Source: Nitrosopumilus sp. (lineage in GTDB: Archaea; Thermoproteota; Nitrososphaeria; Nitrososphaerales; Nitrosopumilaceae). From it: a stretch of DNA of 64,000 nt. Positions 1-10,424 of this stretch are shown piece after piece. The stretch covers positions 672,001 to 736,000 of the forward strand of contig CBDBGZ010000009.1 of assembly GCA_965205425.1 (NCBI GenBank), read 5' to 3'. The position numbers and the translations under genes are program-made. Below the pieces are notes generated by a model. The model saw only the letters and a program-made list of their open reading frames with translations. It was not told the DNA's origin and searched no databases. Each line of letters opens with the position of its first letter. Within the stretch, counting starts at the first letter, position 1.

Positions 1-439
1 CATTAGGAACTAGATCATCCCATTTTTGATCACAAATTATCAGATCGCGAATATTGGTTCCAGATAGAGATTTTCTATTTAGAAAAGGAATTGCAAGAAC
101 TTGGATATTTCTTTTAGAGTACAAATGTTTTGTCAAGTCATCATTTGAAAAAATAATATCAAATTTTGGTACTATAGTATCTATTTTTTCAATCCATCGA
201 ATATGATTATCTACATCGGGAATAAAATAAATTGAAATTTTCTCTTTCATTGAATCACCAATAGAAGCTAAAATCATTTCTTTGCGTTGTTCTGCTGTAA
301 ACGGATTATTTTTTTCCACAGGCTTATTTGAGCTCCCTAATCCTACCCACAATTTATCGACCTTAGATAATGCATATTGTAATGCTTCAAGATGACCCAA
401 GTGAAAAGGTTGGAATCTTCCTATCAACAAACCATTCAT
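1..439 (-). CDS. nadM: Nicotinamide-nucleotide adenylyltransferase (runs off the window start)
   Basis: Manual translation from ATG at 439: MNGLLIGRFQPFHLGHLEA, the GRFQPFHxGH nucleotidyltransferase motif. Confidence 0.9.
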   Translation of the reverse strand, partial: MNGLLIGRFQPFHLGHLEALQYALSKVDKLWVGLGSSNKPVEKNNPFTAEQRKEMILASIGDSMKEKISIYFIPDVDNHIRWIEKIDTIVPKFDIIFSNDDLTKHLYSKRNIQVLAIPFLNRKSLSGTNIRDLIICDQKWDDLVPN

Positions 440-500
440 ACAAACTATAGAAAATTTCTTTTTAAAAAACTATCATAAAGAGCAGTTATCAGAAAAAATT

Positions 501-1523
501 ATGGATTTTCTAAAAATTAATGGAGGTCATGGAGAAGGAGGAGGTCAGATAATCCGTTCTGCAATAGTACTTTCATGTATAACAAAAAAACCAATTCATT
601 TAGAAAATATTAGAAAGAATAGAAAAATTTCAGGATTAAGACCACAACATCTTACTGCAATTACTATTCTTCAAAAAGTTGCAAATGCTAAAGTGGTTGG
701 AGCAGAAATAGGATCAACTGAGTTAAAGTTTATTCCAGGTAATATTGAAAATTTGGATTTAATTGAAGATGTTGGAACTGCAGGGAGTATTCCATTAATT
801 TTACAAGTGTCAATTCCTGTAGTTGCGATATCAAAAAAACAACTTAATTTAAAAATTAAAGGTGGAACAGATGTACTTTGGAGTCCAACGACAGATTATA
901 CTCAACATATACTAAAAAATGCATATTCAAGAATGGGAATTAGTTTTTCATTTGAATTAATCAAACGTGGTTATTATCCCAAAGGTAGTGGAGAAATTAA
1001 ATTAAAAGTTAATCCATCAAATGTAAAATCAATAACATTTTCCAAAAGACAAACAAATAATGTAAAATTAATTTGTTCATTTTCAAAATTAACAGAAGAA
1101 GTAATTGAAAATGAAATAAATAAAATTGTGAAAAAATTGACCAATGAAAATTTTATTGTGGATACAGAAATAAAGTTAGAAAATGCAGTTGATTCAGGTG
1201 CATCCTTGTTAATTTACAGTATTGATGAAAATTCTATAATAGGAATTGATGCTTTGTATGATAAAAAAACACAAGAATTTGATTTAGATCTTGAGAAATT
1301 TATTCAAAGTTATTCAGTTGATGAGAATTTGGCAGATATGCTTGTAGTTCCTGCTAGTTTAGGTTCTGGAAAAACAGTTTTTCAAGTAAAAGAAATTACA
1401 AAACATTTAGAAACTAACTTGTTTGTTACTTCAAAAATCACTGGTTGTAAGTATGGAATTGGGAAGACAAGTTATGGTTTTGATGTAATTATTGAAGGAA
1501 TATCAAACACCAGCATCAAGTAA
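501..1523 (+). CDS. rtcA: RNA 3'-terminal phosphate cyclase
   Basis: GEGGGQIIRSA, GLRPQH, GGTDV, RGYYPKG motifs. Confidence 0.93.
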   Translation: MDFLKINGGHGEGGGQIIRSAIVLSCITKKPIHLENIRKNRKISGLRPQHLTAITILQKVANAKVVGAEIGSTELKFIPGNIENLDLIEDVGTAGSIPLILQVSIPVVAISKKQLNLKIKGGTDVLWSPTTDYTQHILKNAYSRMGISFSFELIKRGYYPKGSGEIKLKVNPSNVKSITFSKRQTNNVKLICSFSKLTEEVIENEINKIVKKLTNENFIVDTEIKLENAVDSGASLLIYSIDENSIIGIDALYDKKTQEFDLDLEKFIQSYSVDENLADMLVVPASLGSGKTVFQVKEITKHLETNLFVTSKITGCKYGIGKTSYGFDVIIEGISNTSIK

Positions 1524-2000
1524 TGATGCAAAAAATAGAATAGCTATTGATAAAACTACAGTAATCTCTCCAAGGATGATTATTTTTTTCCTTAATTTTT
1601 GTATTTCAAGTTCTGGCATTTGATTTGACATAATTCTTTCTTCAACATCTTTACGAATTACTCTAACATGAACAGCATATGTTACAATTAATGCAATTAC
1701 AAGAATGATTTTGATAATTAAAAATGTCCCATAACTAGTTGATACTAGAAGATCAGGTTTACTAAGTAAGACATGTGAAGTATACAAACCTGTAACCATT
1801 AAGATAATCAACGATGGAACAGCAACTTTGTTAAATCGTCTACCTACACGAATCATTATTTGCATTCTTTCTTCAATAGAATTTGTCATGGTTTTCAAAA
1901 GTGGAGAAAATACAATTCCAATGAATAATGAACCGCCAACCCATATTGCAGCTGCAACAAGATGAATCCAAGTGATAATTGCCTGTTCTAGAGCAGCCAT
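1503..2000 (-). CDS. CopD-family membrane protein
   Basis: HLVAAAIWVGG motif, four TM helices, YG..LIIKI. Confidence 0.75.
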   Translation of the reverse strand: MAALEQAIITWIHLVAAAIWVGGSLFIGIVFSPLLKTMTNSIEERMQIMIRVGRRFNKVAVPSLIILMVTGLYTSHVLLSKPDLLVSTSYGTFLIIKIILVIALIVTYAVHVRVIRKDVEERIMSNQMPELEIQKLRKKIIILGEITVVLSIAILFFASLLDAGV

Positions 2001-2057
2001 AGTTTATGATATTTTAAATCAAATATTATGTATTTGGATCTTGCCAACCTTTTTTAG

Positions 2058-2576
2058 TTGTACAAATCTGGAATCATTGAAATGGCACTTCAAAGTAAAT
2101 TGATAGTTTATCTAGCAATAGTTGGAGTTTTAGCATTAATGGGAGGAATTATTTTCTATGCTAGTCTGGATAATGATGAACTTGCTTTAATTGAGGTTGA
2201 ACTAACAAATGTGAAACTATTAGATGTAAACACAGTAGAAAATCAAGCAAAGTTTGAAGTTACATTTTTGGTAACAAATCCAAGTGACAAAACATTAACA
2301 GTTTCACAAATAGATTTTCAACTATATGGTAATGGTGACTTGTTAGGTCCTGGATTATATTCTACAACAGACATAGCATTACCAGGTAGAGCATTGTTTG
2401 TTTCAGGTGCAGAAATTCCATTGAAAAATATATTTGTTCTAAGTAAATCTGAAATAAATTCAGAAGTTTATGAGGATGCAATAAATGAAAGATTAACAAG
2501 TTTTTCTGCTGAAGGAAAAATTATCACTCAAACTTCCTGGAGTGAAACTGAGAAAGATTTCAAGACAGGTTATTAA
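2058..2576 (+). CDS. Membrane-anchored LEA_2-like hypothetical protein
   Basis: N-terminal TM helix followed by FLVTNPS beta-rich domain; true start may be ATG at 2082. Confidence 0.6.
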   Translation: MYKSGIIEMALQSKLIVYLAIVGVLALMGGIIFYASLDNDELALIEVELTNVKLLDVNTVENQAKFEVTFLVTNPSDKTLTVSQIDFQLYGNGDLLGPGLYSTTDIALPGRALFVSGAEIPLKNIFVLSKSEINSEVYEDAINERLTSFSAEGKIITQTSWSETEKDFKTGY

Positions 2577-2584
2577 TTAAAAAG

Positions 2585-2658
2585 TGGGCCTAATGAGATT
2601 CGAACTCATGATCACCGCCATGTCGAGGCGGTATCCTAACCAGCTAGACTACAGGCCC
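2585..2658 (-). tRNA. tRNA-Val(GAC)
   Basis: Cloverleaf GGGCCTG...TAGGCCC A; anticodon arm CCGCC-TCGACAT-GGCGG; T loop TTCGAAT. Confidence 0.93.
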
Positions 2659-2727
2659 ATTGAAAAATAAATCAAATAATTGACATTATTAACGTTTAAC
2701 AAAAGAAAGAATTGAGGTAGAAAAGAG

Positions 2728-3438
2728 ATGACAGAAGATTTTACTGATGAAGAAAAAAGAGGTTTCTACAAGGCAATCTATTCAAGAAGGGATGTAAGAT
2801 CTCACTTTATATCAAAACCAATAGAAGATGAGGTTTTATCAAAAATTCTTAACGCAGCACATCATGCACCATCTGTAGGATTTTCTCAACCATGGAATTT
2901 TATTTTAATTAAAGATCAAGATACTAAAAAGAAAATAAAAGAATCTTTTGAGGAAGAAAAAAATCGTTCATCACAATTAGTGGAGGAACCGAAGAAAACA
3001 AAATATCTTTCATTTAAACTAGAAGGTATTTTAGAATCACCAGTAAATCTTTGTGTAACATATGATCCTACAAAATTTGGACCATTTGTAATTGGTCGTT
3101 CAAGTATTCCTGAAGCAGGTCTTTACAGTGTTTGTTGTGCAATTCAAAATTTATGGCTATCAGCTAGAACAGAAGGGGTTGGATTAGGATGGGTAAGTAT
3201 TCTATCAAATGAAACTTTGAAAGAAACTTTAGATTTACCTGAACATGTAATCCCTGTTGCCTACTTGTGTTTAGGGTACGTTGATGAGTTTGCAGAAAAA
3301 CCAGATCTTGAAACTAAAGGGTGGTTACCAAGACTAGAATTGAAAGATGTGGTATATTTTGAAAAATGGAATGATAAAGAAAACAAAAACTGGGAAAAAA
3401 TTCAAACTATGATTAAAGATAATCTTGATTACGCTTAA
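2728..3438 (+). CDS. bluB: 5,6-dimethylbenzimidazole synthase
   Basis: RRDVRSHF, APSVGFSQPW, CAIQNLWL..R.EG.GLGWVS motifs. Confidence 0.92.
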   Translation: MTEDFTDEEKRGFYKAIYSRRDVRSHFISKPIEDEVLSKILNAAHHAPSVGFSQPWNFILIKDQDTKKKIKESFEEEKNRSSQLVEEPKKTKYLSFKLEGILESPVNLCVTYDPTKFGPFVIGRSSIPEAGLYSVCCAIQNLWLSARTEGVGLGWVSILSNETLKETLDLPEHVIPVAYLCLGYVDEFAEKPDLETKGWLPRLELKDVVYFEKWNDKENKNWEKIQTMIKDNLDYA

Positions 3439-3462
3439 ATAATTAAGAATGTTTTTTTTGCT

Positions 3463-3555
3463 GGGCTTGTAGCGCAGAGTCAATTTGACGCGCAACATGG
3501 ATAGCGCAGTAGCCTCCTAAGTTACAGGTCGAGGGATCGAAGCCCTCCAAGCCCG
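3463..3555 (+). tRNA. tRNA-Arg(CCT) with an 18-nt non-canonical intron at 15/16 (3478-3495)
   Basis: Anticodon arm GTAGC-CTCCTAA-GTTAC; removing 3478-3495 restores the D arm GCGC-AGCATGGATA-GCGC. Confidence 0.9.
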
Positions 3556-3594
3556 TTTAATTTTTTATTCATGGAAATTTAAATACAAAGACAA

Positions 3595-4137
3595 ATGGCT
3601 GAAGTTATGAAAGTTGTTGTAATATCTGGCAGTCCAAGAAAAAATGCAAATACACAAATCATAATGAAATATGTTTATGAATATACTAAATCAAAAAATC
3701 AAGATACAAAAATCATCAATCTATCAGAGGATGACATTGAATGTTATAAGGGATATGATGTAGAATATAATGAAGCTACTAAAACTGCTGCAAAAGAAAT
3801 TATGGATGCGGACGTTTGGATAATAGGAACACCAATCTATAATTCATTTTTTAGTTCTGCGTTAAAAAATTTGTTTGAATATGTAGATTATAAAAAAACT
3901 GCAGGGAAAGTAGCAGGAATGGCAATTTTAGCTGCAGGAGATATTGGTTTTATCAATGTCCAAAATCTAGTTACACAATTATTGTCATATTTCAGAGTAA
4001 CTACAAATCCAAAAGCAGTATTTTTAACTACAAAATCAGTTTCTGAAAATTCTATTACCGATGAAAATGCACAAACTAGATTAAAAGAAATGGTAGATGG
4101 AACTTTAGAACTTGCTTCTAAATTACAGCAAGATTAG
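3595..4137 (+). CDS. NADPH-dependent FMN reductase family protein
   Basis: ISGSPRKNANT and TPIYN...LKN motifs. Confidence 0.85.
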   Translation: MAEVMKVVVISGSPRKNANTQIIMKYVYEYTKSKNQDTKIINLSEDDIECYKGYDVEYNEATKTAAKEIMDADVWIIGTPIYNSFFSSALKNLFEYVDYKKTAGKVAGMAILAAGDIGFINVQNLVTQLLSYFRVTTNPKAVFLTTKSVSENSITDENAQTRLKEMVDGTLELASKLQQD

Positions 4138-4276
4138 TGTGTAGATAAACTATGAAGATTTTTACTGTGTAACTACCCTTAAAATTAGCCTCAATATTGT
4201 CCTGATCAGAATTTAAAATTCTAAATTTGTATTCATAATAACCATCTTCATTTACATCAGTTTGAGCAAAGTGTAT
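4118..4276 (-). pseudogene. Start-less gene remnant beside the IS630
   Basis: Open frame IHFAQTDVNEDGYYEYKFRILN...GSYTVKIFIVYL with no start; an in-frame stop lies upstream even after IS excision. Confidence 0.4.
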
Positions 4277-4279
4277 TTA

Positions 4280-5421
4280 GTTTAGGCATATAAATTTTGA
4301 ATAAACTGTCAAGTATTTTAACCCAAAAGATCTAGATCGTAGAATCAATTCATGAAACCATGTCAAAGAGTACAAGACAATCCAAGGTTTCCTCTGGGAA
4401 TCAATTCATGAAAGGTACAAGCATTAATTTTTTAAGAAAAACATGCAAGAATGAAAAAAATGCAAAAGCAAAGATAAGACTAAAGGCTGCAATACTAAGA
4501 AAACAAAATATTCCGTATTCTGTGATATGTGCAAGTCTGGATGTCATACCATCAACTCTGTCCTACTGGCTAAATCGAATGGATGAAGAGGGAATATCTG
4601 CATCACGCCGCAAGAAATATTCTGGTTCTAGATGTTTTTTAAATGAAAAACAACTAGTATCATTAAGAAATGATCTGATTTCAGGTCCAGAAAAGTTTGG
4701 ATTTAACCAATTCATGTGGAGTACAAGAATGGTAATTACACATGTGAATAAAAAATACAACACCCTATACTCTGCACGTGGAATGCGTGAATTGCTGCAC
4801 AGAATTGGATTCTCATCTAAAAAACCACGTCCCACACATCACAAATCAGCCTCAAAAGAGGAACAAACCCGTTTTAAAAAAACGCAAAAAGGAGTATCAA
4901 AAAATATTCCAAATTGGGACATATCACACTATGTCTGGATGAGTCAACAAACAAGATAGCACCTAACATAAAGCGCGGATGGTATCTTGCAGGCAATAAC
5001 ATTACCACACCAATTAATTACACTCGAGAAAAATTTCAATCATTTGGTGCATTGGGGGATGACGGCGTATTTTTTTGTAGGTTCTATGATAAATCAAACA
5101 CAGACTCATTTCTTGATTTCTTAAAATCCTTGCAGAAACAATTTGGCAAGAAACTGTTATTATTTGCAGACAATGCATCATACCACAAAAGTGTTAGAGT
5201 AAAAGAATTTCTCAAGGTATCAAAAAGAAATGTAATCATAAGATATTTTCCTGCATACACCCCAGAACTCAATCCAATTGAGGTACAGTGGAGAGAAGAG
5301 AAAAATGGTAATGCCAATACATTCTTTGTAAATGGAACTGAGATGAGAAAACACATGCAGAAGAGATTAGATAATGGAGACGTTCGAGTTGTGAAATTAT
5401 TCAAATATTTAATGCCTTAAC
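4280..5421 (+). mobile_element. IS630-family insertion sequence, 1142 bp
   Basis: Imperfect TIRs GTTTAGGCATATAAATTTTGAATAA / GTTAAGGCATTAAATATTTGAATAA; TA on both sides (4278-79, 5422-23). Confidence 0.9.
4360..5420 (+). CDS. IS630 transposase; orfA 4360-4959 and orfB 4914-5420 joined by a -1 frameshift
   Basis: HTH region in orfA; DES, DNASYH, PAYTPELNPIE in orfB; TTTTAAAAAAAC at 4872-4883. Confidence 0.88.
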
Positions 5422-5515
5422 TATAAAACTCTAATTTTGGAATAAAAGATTCATTACAAATCTATATGATCAAACTGCAAAAGTCAAATATTAACAGATT
5501 ATATCAATAGTACTA

Positions 5516-5635
5516 ATGAATTTGAAAAAAGATCCTACAGAACTATGTTCATGTAAATGTCATTTTGGTGGTGCTGTTAGTTGTCCTGGATGTAAAGAGA
5601 ATCATGATGAAATTTGTTGTCATTGTAAAGATTAG
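5516..5635 (+). CDS. 39-aa Cys/His-rich metallothionein-like peptide
   Basis: Manual translation MNLKKDPTELCSCKCHFGGAVSCPGCKENHDEICCHCKD (8 Cys, 3 His). Confidence 0.6.
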   Translation: MNLKKDPTELCSCKCHFGGAVSCPGCKENHDEICCHCKD

Positions 5636-5637
5636 AT

Positions 5638-6114
5638 CTATTTACTCTTAGTTTTTCTTTCTGATGCAAGCATTTTGAGATTAGCTAATTCAGTTTTTAA
5701 TGATTCAATTTGTACAAGAGTTTCAAGATTAGCAATTTCTTGATTTAATCTTTCAATTTCACTATCTTTGAGTTTAACAGTTTCTTTTACATCATTTAGT
5801 TCATTAGATAATTCATTTTGAATTTGTTTGATTTCTGAAAGACTAACTTGTGAACCTGTGGTTGTAGTTTCAATAGTTTGTGTGTTACTCAAGCTTTTTT
5901 TTTCGGCATGTGTTGGTGCGTGATGATGCATATAATCAGTACTTTTTTGAGAAATCCAACATGTGAAAGTCATGAACCATGTAATTGGAACAGCCATAAT
6001 GAAAATAAAGTTCAATAAAGGTGCAAAATCTAAAAACCAAGGCCAAAGACCAGTTAATACTGCTGCAAAAACTCCAGTTACTAATGTGGCTAGATGGTTA
6101 CCAACATATCCCAT
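5638..6114 (-). CDS. Hypothetical protein, two TM helices plus C-terminal coiled coil
   Basis: ORF composition. Confidence 0.7.
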   Translation of the reverse strand: MGYVGNHLATLVTGVFAAVLTGLWPWFLDFAPLLNFIFIMAVPITWFMTFTCWISQKSTDYMHHHAPTHAEKKSLSNTQTIETTTTGSQVSLSEIKQIQNELSNELNDVKETVKLKDSEIERLNQEIANLETLVQIESLKTELANLKMLASERKTKSK

Positions 6115-6196
6115 AATTATTTGAAAATTTCATTATTTATAACAGTAATGCTAAAAATCACAAAATAATATAATTAAAAAGAAAAAAGAGCCGAGT

Positions 6197-6427
6197 TTAT
6201 TCGTCTTCTTCAGTGGTAGTAGTTGCTTTTGGCATGTCTGATTGTAAGATTTGGATTTTTTGCAATAGTTCAGTTCTTAGATCTCTTGCAACTCTTCTTA
6301 CAGTTGGTCTTGGAACGCCAAGTTCATCAACTACTTTGGTGTAAATATCCTGTTTGTCAGTCACACCCTTGTCAAGATAAGAATTAATCGCTTCTTTAAT
6401 TATCGTGCTTTGGTTTGTACGATTCAA
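6197..6427 (-). CDS. Small putative HTH DNA-binding protein
   Basis: VVDELGVPRPTVRRVARDL looks like an HTH. Confidence 0.6.
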   Translation of the reverse strand: MNRTNQSTIIKEAINSYLDKGVTDKQDIYTKVVDELGVPRPTVRRVARDLRTELLQKIQILQSDMPKATTTTEEDE

Positions 6428-6673
6428 CGAATACTGAATTTTATTTGTTCTATATAAGACTATAACTTTTGGAATTTCAAAATGTCATATCTAATAAATT
6501 CAAATTGTGTAAATAATAATAAAATTAAAAATTTTCAAAGTCTACATCAACAAGTTTTCTAACGAAAAACGTACTGATCATTGTGAATTTTTCAATATTG
6601 TTAAACTATCTACAGGAATTTTCCAAGACCTTTTCACAAAAGACTATTAAGATGTATTTGTAGATTCAACCTA

Positions 6674-7150
<477 letters not shown>

Positions 7151-8044
7151 ATGAAATCAATCGTAGTATTTATCATAATTTTATTAGTGCTAGTAATTCC
7201 TTCTGCGATTGCTCAAGAAGTGAGTATAGGGAAAGAAGCTAATCAAAAATCAATTATTTTTACAATAAACGAAACGGGTGAAATTCATGTTATACACATT
7301 GTTGATTCTTCTAATTCTCCAACACAAGTTGAGTTAATTGACGGTGAAATTCAAAATCTAATCATTACTAATGAAAAAAATGAAGAGCAGATGTTTTCAA
7401 TAATTGGTGAAAATCAAGCTGTATTGATTTTTCCATCAGATAATGATTCAATAATAGAATATGATTTAGAAAATGTACTTTTTCTTAAAGATAATTTTTG
7501 GACATTAGATTTTCTGTATTTAGAAACTACAACTTTTATTGTTCCTGAAAAATTAAATGTGGTTTATGTAAATGGCAATGTAGTTCACTTAGGTGACAAA
7601 AAAGGATTCACATGTCATGGTTGTCAAATGATTTTAGAATATGCATTTAATGAACCTACAAATACCATAAATGTAGATTGGGAAAATAAAAAATTTGTTG
7701 TAGAGATGAGAACTTTTGCCAATATAGAAAATTTTGAGTTCAATCAATCTGAAAAAGAAATTAGTTTTAATGTAAATGAGAGCAATCAATTCATTACAGC
7801 TATAATTCCATTAGAATTATTGTGGGGACCATATGCAATATTACTAGATGATGAAAAAACGTATTTCAATGACTCCAAAAATAATGGCACACATGTTTGG
7901 ATTAATATGAAACCTAATAATACAGGGGAAATTAGTATTATTGGAACTACAGTAGTGCCTGAATTTCCAATAATAGCTCCCTTAGCTATTGGATTTTTAA
8001 TGATAATGATGATTCCTTTAATTAAAAAAATTAATCTCCGCTAG
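7151..8044 (+). CDS. Surface protein with PEF/PEFG-CTERM sorting signal
   Basis: Signal peptide; C-terminal VVPEFP + TM helix + basic tail. Confidence 0.8.
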   Translation: MKSIVVFIIILLVLVIPSAIAQEVSIGKEANQKSIIFTINETGEIHVIHIVDSSNSPTQVELIDGEIQNLIITNEKNEEQMFSIIGENQAVLIFPSDNDSIIEYDLENVLFLKDNFWTLDFLYLETTTFIVPEKLNVVYVNGNVVHLGDKKGFTCHGCQMILEYAFNEPTNTINVDWENKKFVVEMRTFANIENFEFNQSEKEISFNVNESNQFITAIIPLELLWGPYAILLDDEKTYFNDSKNNGTHVWINMKPNNTGEISIIGTTVVPEFPIIAPLAIGFLMIMMIPLIKKINLR

Positions 8045-8186
8045 AACCACAAGAGCAGAAACCATATTCATCTATTCTAACATTACAAATGACACATTTT
8101 TCACCATAATCTACTTCCCAGGGTTCCTTACCAAAAAGCTTAAAATGATCATCTATTTCGATTGGAATCTCTCTTTTCTTTTCCAA
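8031..8186 (-). CDS. 51-aa Zn-ribbon-like small protein
   Basis: Manual translation from TTG: MEKKREIPIEIDDHFKLFGKEPWEVDYGEKCVICNVRIDEYGFCSCGSSGD. Confidence 0.65.
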   Translation of the reverse strand: MEKKREIPIEIDDHFKLFGKEPWEVDYGEKCVICNVRIDEYGFCSCGSSGD

Positions 8187-8234
8187 TGATTTGTATAGTC
8201 ATTTCAACTATACATACATTATCTGAGAATAGTC

Positions 8235-8429
8235 ATGAAAATTGAATGTGGATGTCATTGTATAAAGTGCAAAAGCACAAATTTAGAATCAAACAGAATT
8301 GGGCAAGTTGAGAAAGATGGATATTTTGATATGCATCACACATGTAAACAATGCAATACACATTTTGATCATTTAGATGGAGAAATTTTTTCACACTGTG
8401 AGAAATGTAATTTTTTAATTAGTGACTAG
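8235..8429 (+). CDS. 64-aa multi-CxxC metal-binding protein
   Basis: CGCHCIKC, CKQC, CEKC. Confidence 0.7.
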   Translation: MKIECGCHCIKCKSTNLESNRIGQVEKDGYFDMHHTCKQCNTHFDHLDGEIFSHCEKCNFLISD

Positions 8430-8906
8430 TTGTTCTTGAGCAAAATAGTGCGTTCTGTTCTCTTCTGAATTTTTCATTATTTCTTTGCTAGAAGCCATTT
8501 TAGCCAAAGCTTTCGATACATCTAATGGACTAGCAGCCCAACCATATTCTCTAAGCTGTTGAACAGTTTCAGTTACAGTTCTTGGTGAATCAAAGAATCT
8601 ACTTGTTTCTAAAATTCTTAATTTTGATTTAATTTCGTGAGCAGTAATGTATTTGGGTTCAGCAAATTCTGGTTCATATGCTTCTGCATCATCTAAATAT
8701 TCTAATCCAAATTGTTCTGATTGCTCAACTTGAGTTGGTTTTTGGATGCTTTCAGACTCGTAAACTATTTTTGCTTGATTTTCAGGTAAGTGGTTTGATA
8801 GATTATCTATGATTTCACCTAATGTTTGATTATCCACGTAAAAATCTCTAGAGTCAACCTCAATTTCGTTTTCGCCTATTTTGAGTTTAATTCTAGCCAT
8901 TGACAA
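8415..8906 (-). CDS. Hypothetical protein with C-terminal winged-helix-like region
   Basis: FFDSPRTVTETVQQLREYGW...VSKAL pattern. Confidence 0.65.
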   Translation of the reverse strand: MSMARIKLKIGENEIEVDSRDFYVDNQTLGEIIDNLSNHLPENQAKIVYESESIQKPTQVEQSEQFGLEYLDDAEAYEPEFAEPKYITAHEIKSKLRILETSRFFDSPRTVTETVQQLREYGWAASPLDVSKALAKMASSKEIMKNSEENRTHYFAQEQLVTN

Positions 8907-9030
8907 ATAATCATTTAATTTTGATTTATTCTGTTAGCTCTAAGGAGCTTTAAGATTAGATCAAAACTTTTACACAATTTATTGGGATTTTTTTCCCTTC
9001 AGGTTAAATGTAAATTTGTAAAAACTAGTC

Positions 9031-9480
9031 ATGGAACGATCTAAGAAAGTAGGCGTAATTGTTCTGTTTATACTTGGTATGAGTATTTTTGGATATTCAC
9101 AGTATGCTTCTGCATCTCAAATTGGAGTGAGTATTAGTCAAAGTGAATTATTAGATGAAAATGACGTAGGTTCAAACTATAATGTAGAGTTACAATTTGA
9201 TAATCCCTCATTACTATTACTTTCAGCAGGTGAAACAGAATTTTTTGTAATTTCTAATGATGAAATTATTGGAAAAGGTAATTTGGAATCATTTACTTTA
9301 CAACCATTAGATAGTAGTTATGTAAAAGGTACTTTCCATACTGATGTAAATTCAGACGAAGCACAATCAGTAAAAATTTCAGGTGTAACAAAATATGATA
9401 TGTTGATTACATCTATTGATGTTCCATTTGTATACTATCCTACAGAAGAACAAGCAAGAGAATTTATACATCAAAATTAA
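9031..9480 (+). CDS. Membrane-anchored LEA_2-like hypothetical protein
   Basis: N-terminal TM helix, FDNPS motif. Confidence 0.6.
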   Translation: MERSKKVGVIVLFILGMSIFGYSQYASASQIGVSISQSELLDENDVGSNYNVELQFDNPSLLLLSAGETEFFVISNDEIIGKGNLESFTLQPLDSSYVKGTFHTDVNSDEAQSVKISGVTKYDMLITSIDVPFVYYPTEEQAREFIHQN

Positions 9481-9491
9481 TTTCTCATCAA

Positions 9492-10385
9492 ATGCTTACT
9501 GTTTTTGGCTCTACAGCACTAGATACAATTAGAACCCCAAAAAAAACATTAAAAAATGTTTTAGGAGGAGCAGCTACCTTTGCAGCAATTTCAGCTAGTA
9601 ATTTTGTAGATACTGGATTAATTGCAGTTGTTGGGAAAGATTTTCCAAAATCACATCATAATACATTGTCAAAATATCTTGATTTGCAAGGATTAACAAT
9701 CAAAGACGGAAAAACATTTCGTTACGATGGGAAATATAATAATACACTTAGTACAAGATCAACATTAAAAACTGAATTAAATGTTCTTGAAGATTTTAAG
9801 GCAACAGTTCCTGAAGCTTATAAAAAATCCCAGTTTGTATATCTTGCAAATAATGATCCAGAACAAAATACATCATTGATTAAAGAATTTGATAAAGTTA
9901 AATTTTCTATGTGTGATACAATAGATTTTTGGATTTCTACAAAACGTGAGGCAGTAATTAAAATGATCAAAGCAGTTGATGCGGTTGTGATTAATGATGA
10001 AGAGGCTAAACTTCTAACCAAAGAATTCAATCTGATAAAATGTGCAAAGAAAATGATGCAATGGGGTGCAAAATATGTTATAATCAAAAAAGGTGAGCAT
10101 GGTTCCTTGATGTTTTATGATGATGTTATTTTTCCAACTGCAGGATTTTCATTAGAAGATGTTGTAGATCCTACAGGAGCAGGGGATTCTTTTGCAGGAG
10201 CAATGATAGGATATCTAGCAAGTAAAAAATCTACTAAAATTTCAGATATCAAAAAAGCTGTTGTTTATGGAAATGTCTTAGGATCATTTGCAGTTGAGAG
10301 ATATGGATTAGATGGTTTAATAAAAATAAAAAATGGGGACATTGCAAAACGTGTAAAAATATATGAAAAAATGATTCGTTTCTAA
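9492..10385 (+). CDS. PfkB-family carbohydrate/nucleoside kinase
   Basis: GGAATF, KKGEHGS, DPTGAGDSFAGA. Confidence 0.92.
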   Translation: MLTVFGSTALDTIRTPKKTLKNVLGGAATFAAISASNFVDTGLIAVVGKDFPKSHHNTLSKYLDLQGLTIKDGKTFRYDGKYNNTLSTRSTLKTELNVLEDFKATVPEAYKKSQFVYLANNDPEQNTSLIKEFDKVKFSMCDTIDFWISTKREAVIKMIKAVDAVVINDEEAKLLTKEFNLIKCAKKMMQWGAKYVIIKKGEHGSLMFYDDVIFPTAGFSLEDVVDPTGAGDSFAGAMIGYLASKKSTKISDIKKAVVYGNVLGSFAVERYGLDGLIKIKNGDIAKRVKIYEKMIRF

Positions 10386-10424
10386 AAAGACTTAAGTTCA
10401 ATAATTTTCCAAAATAATTTATCA

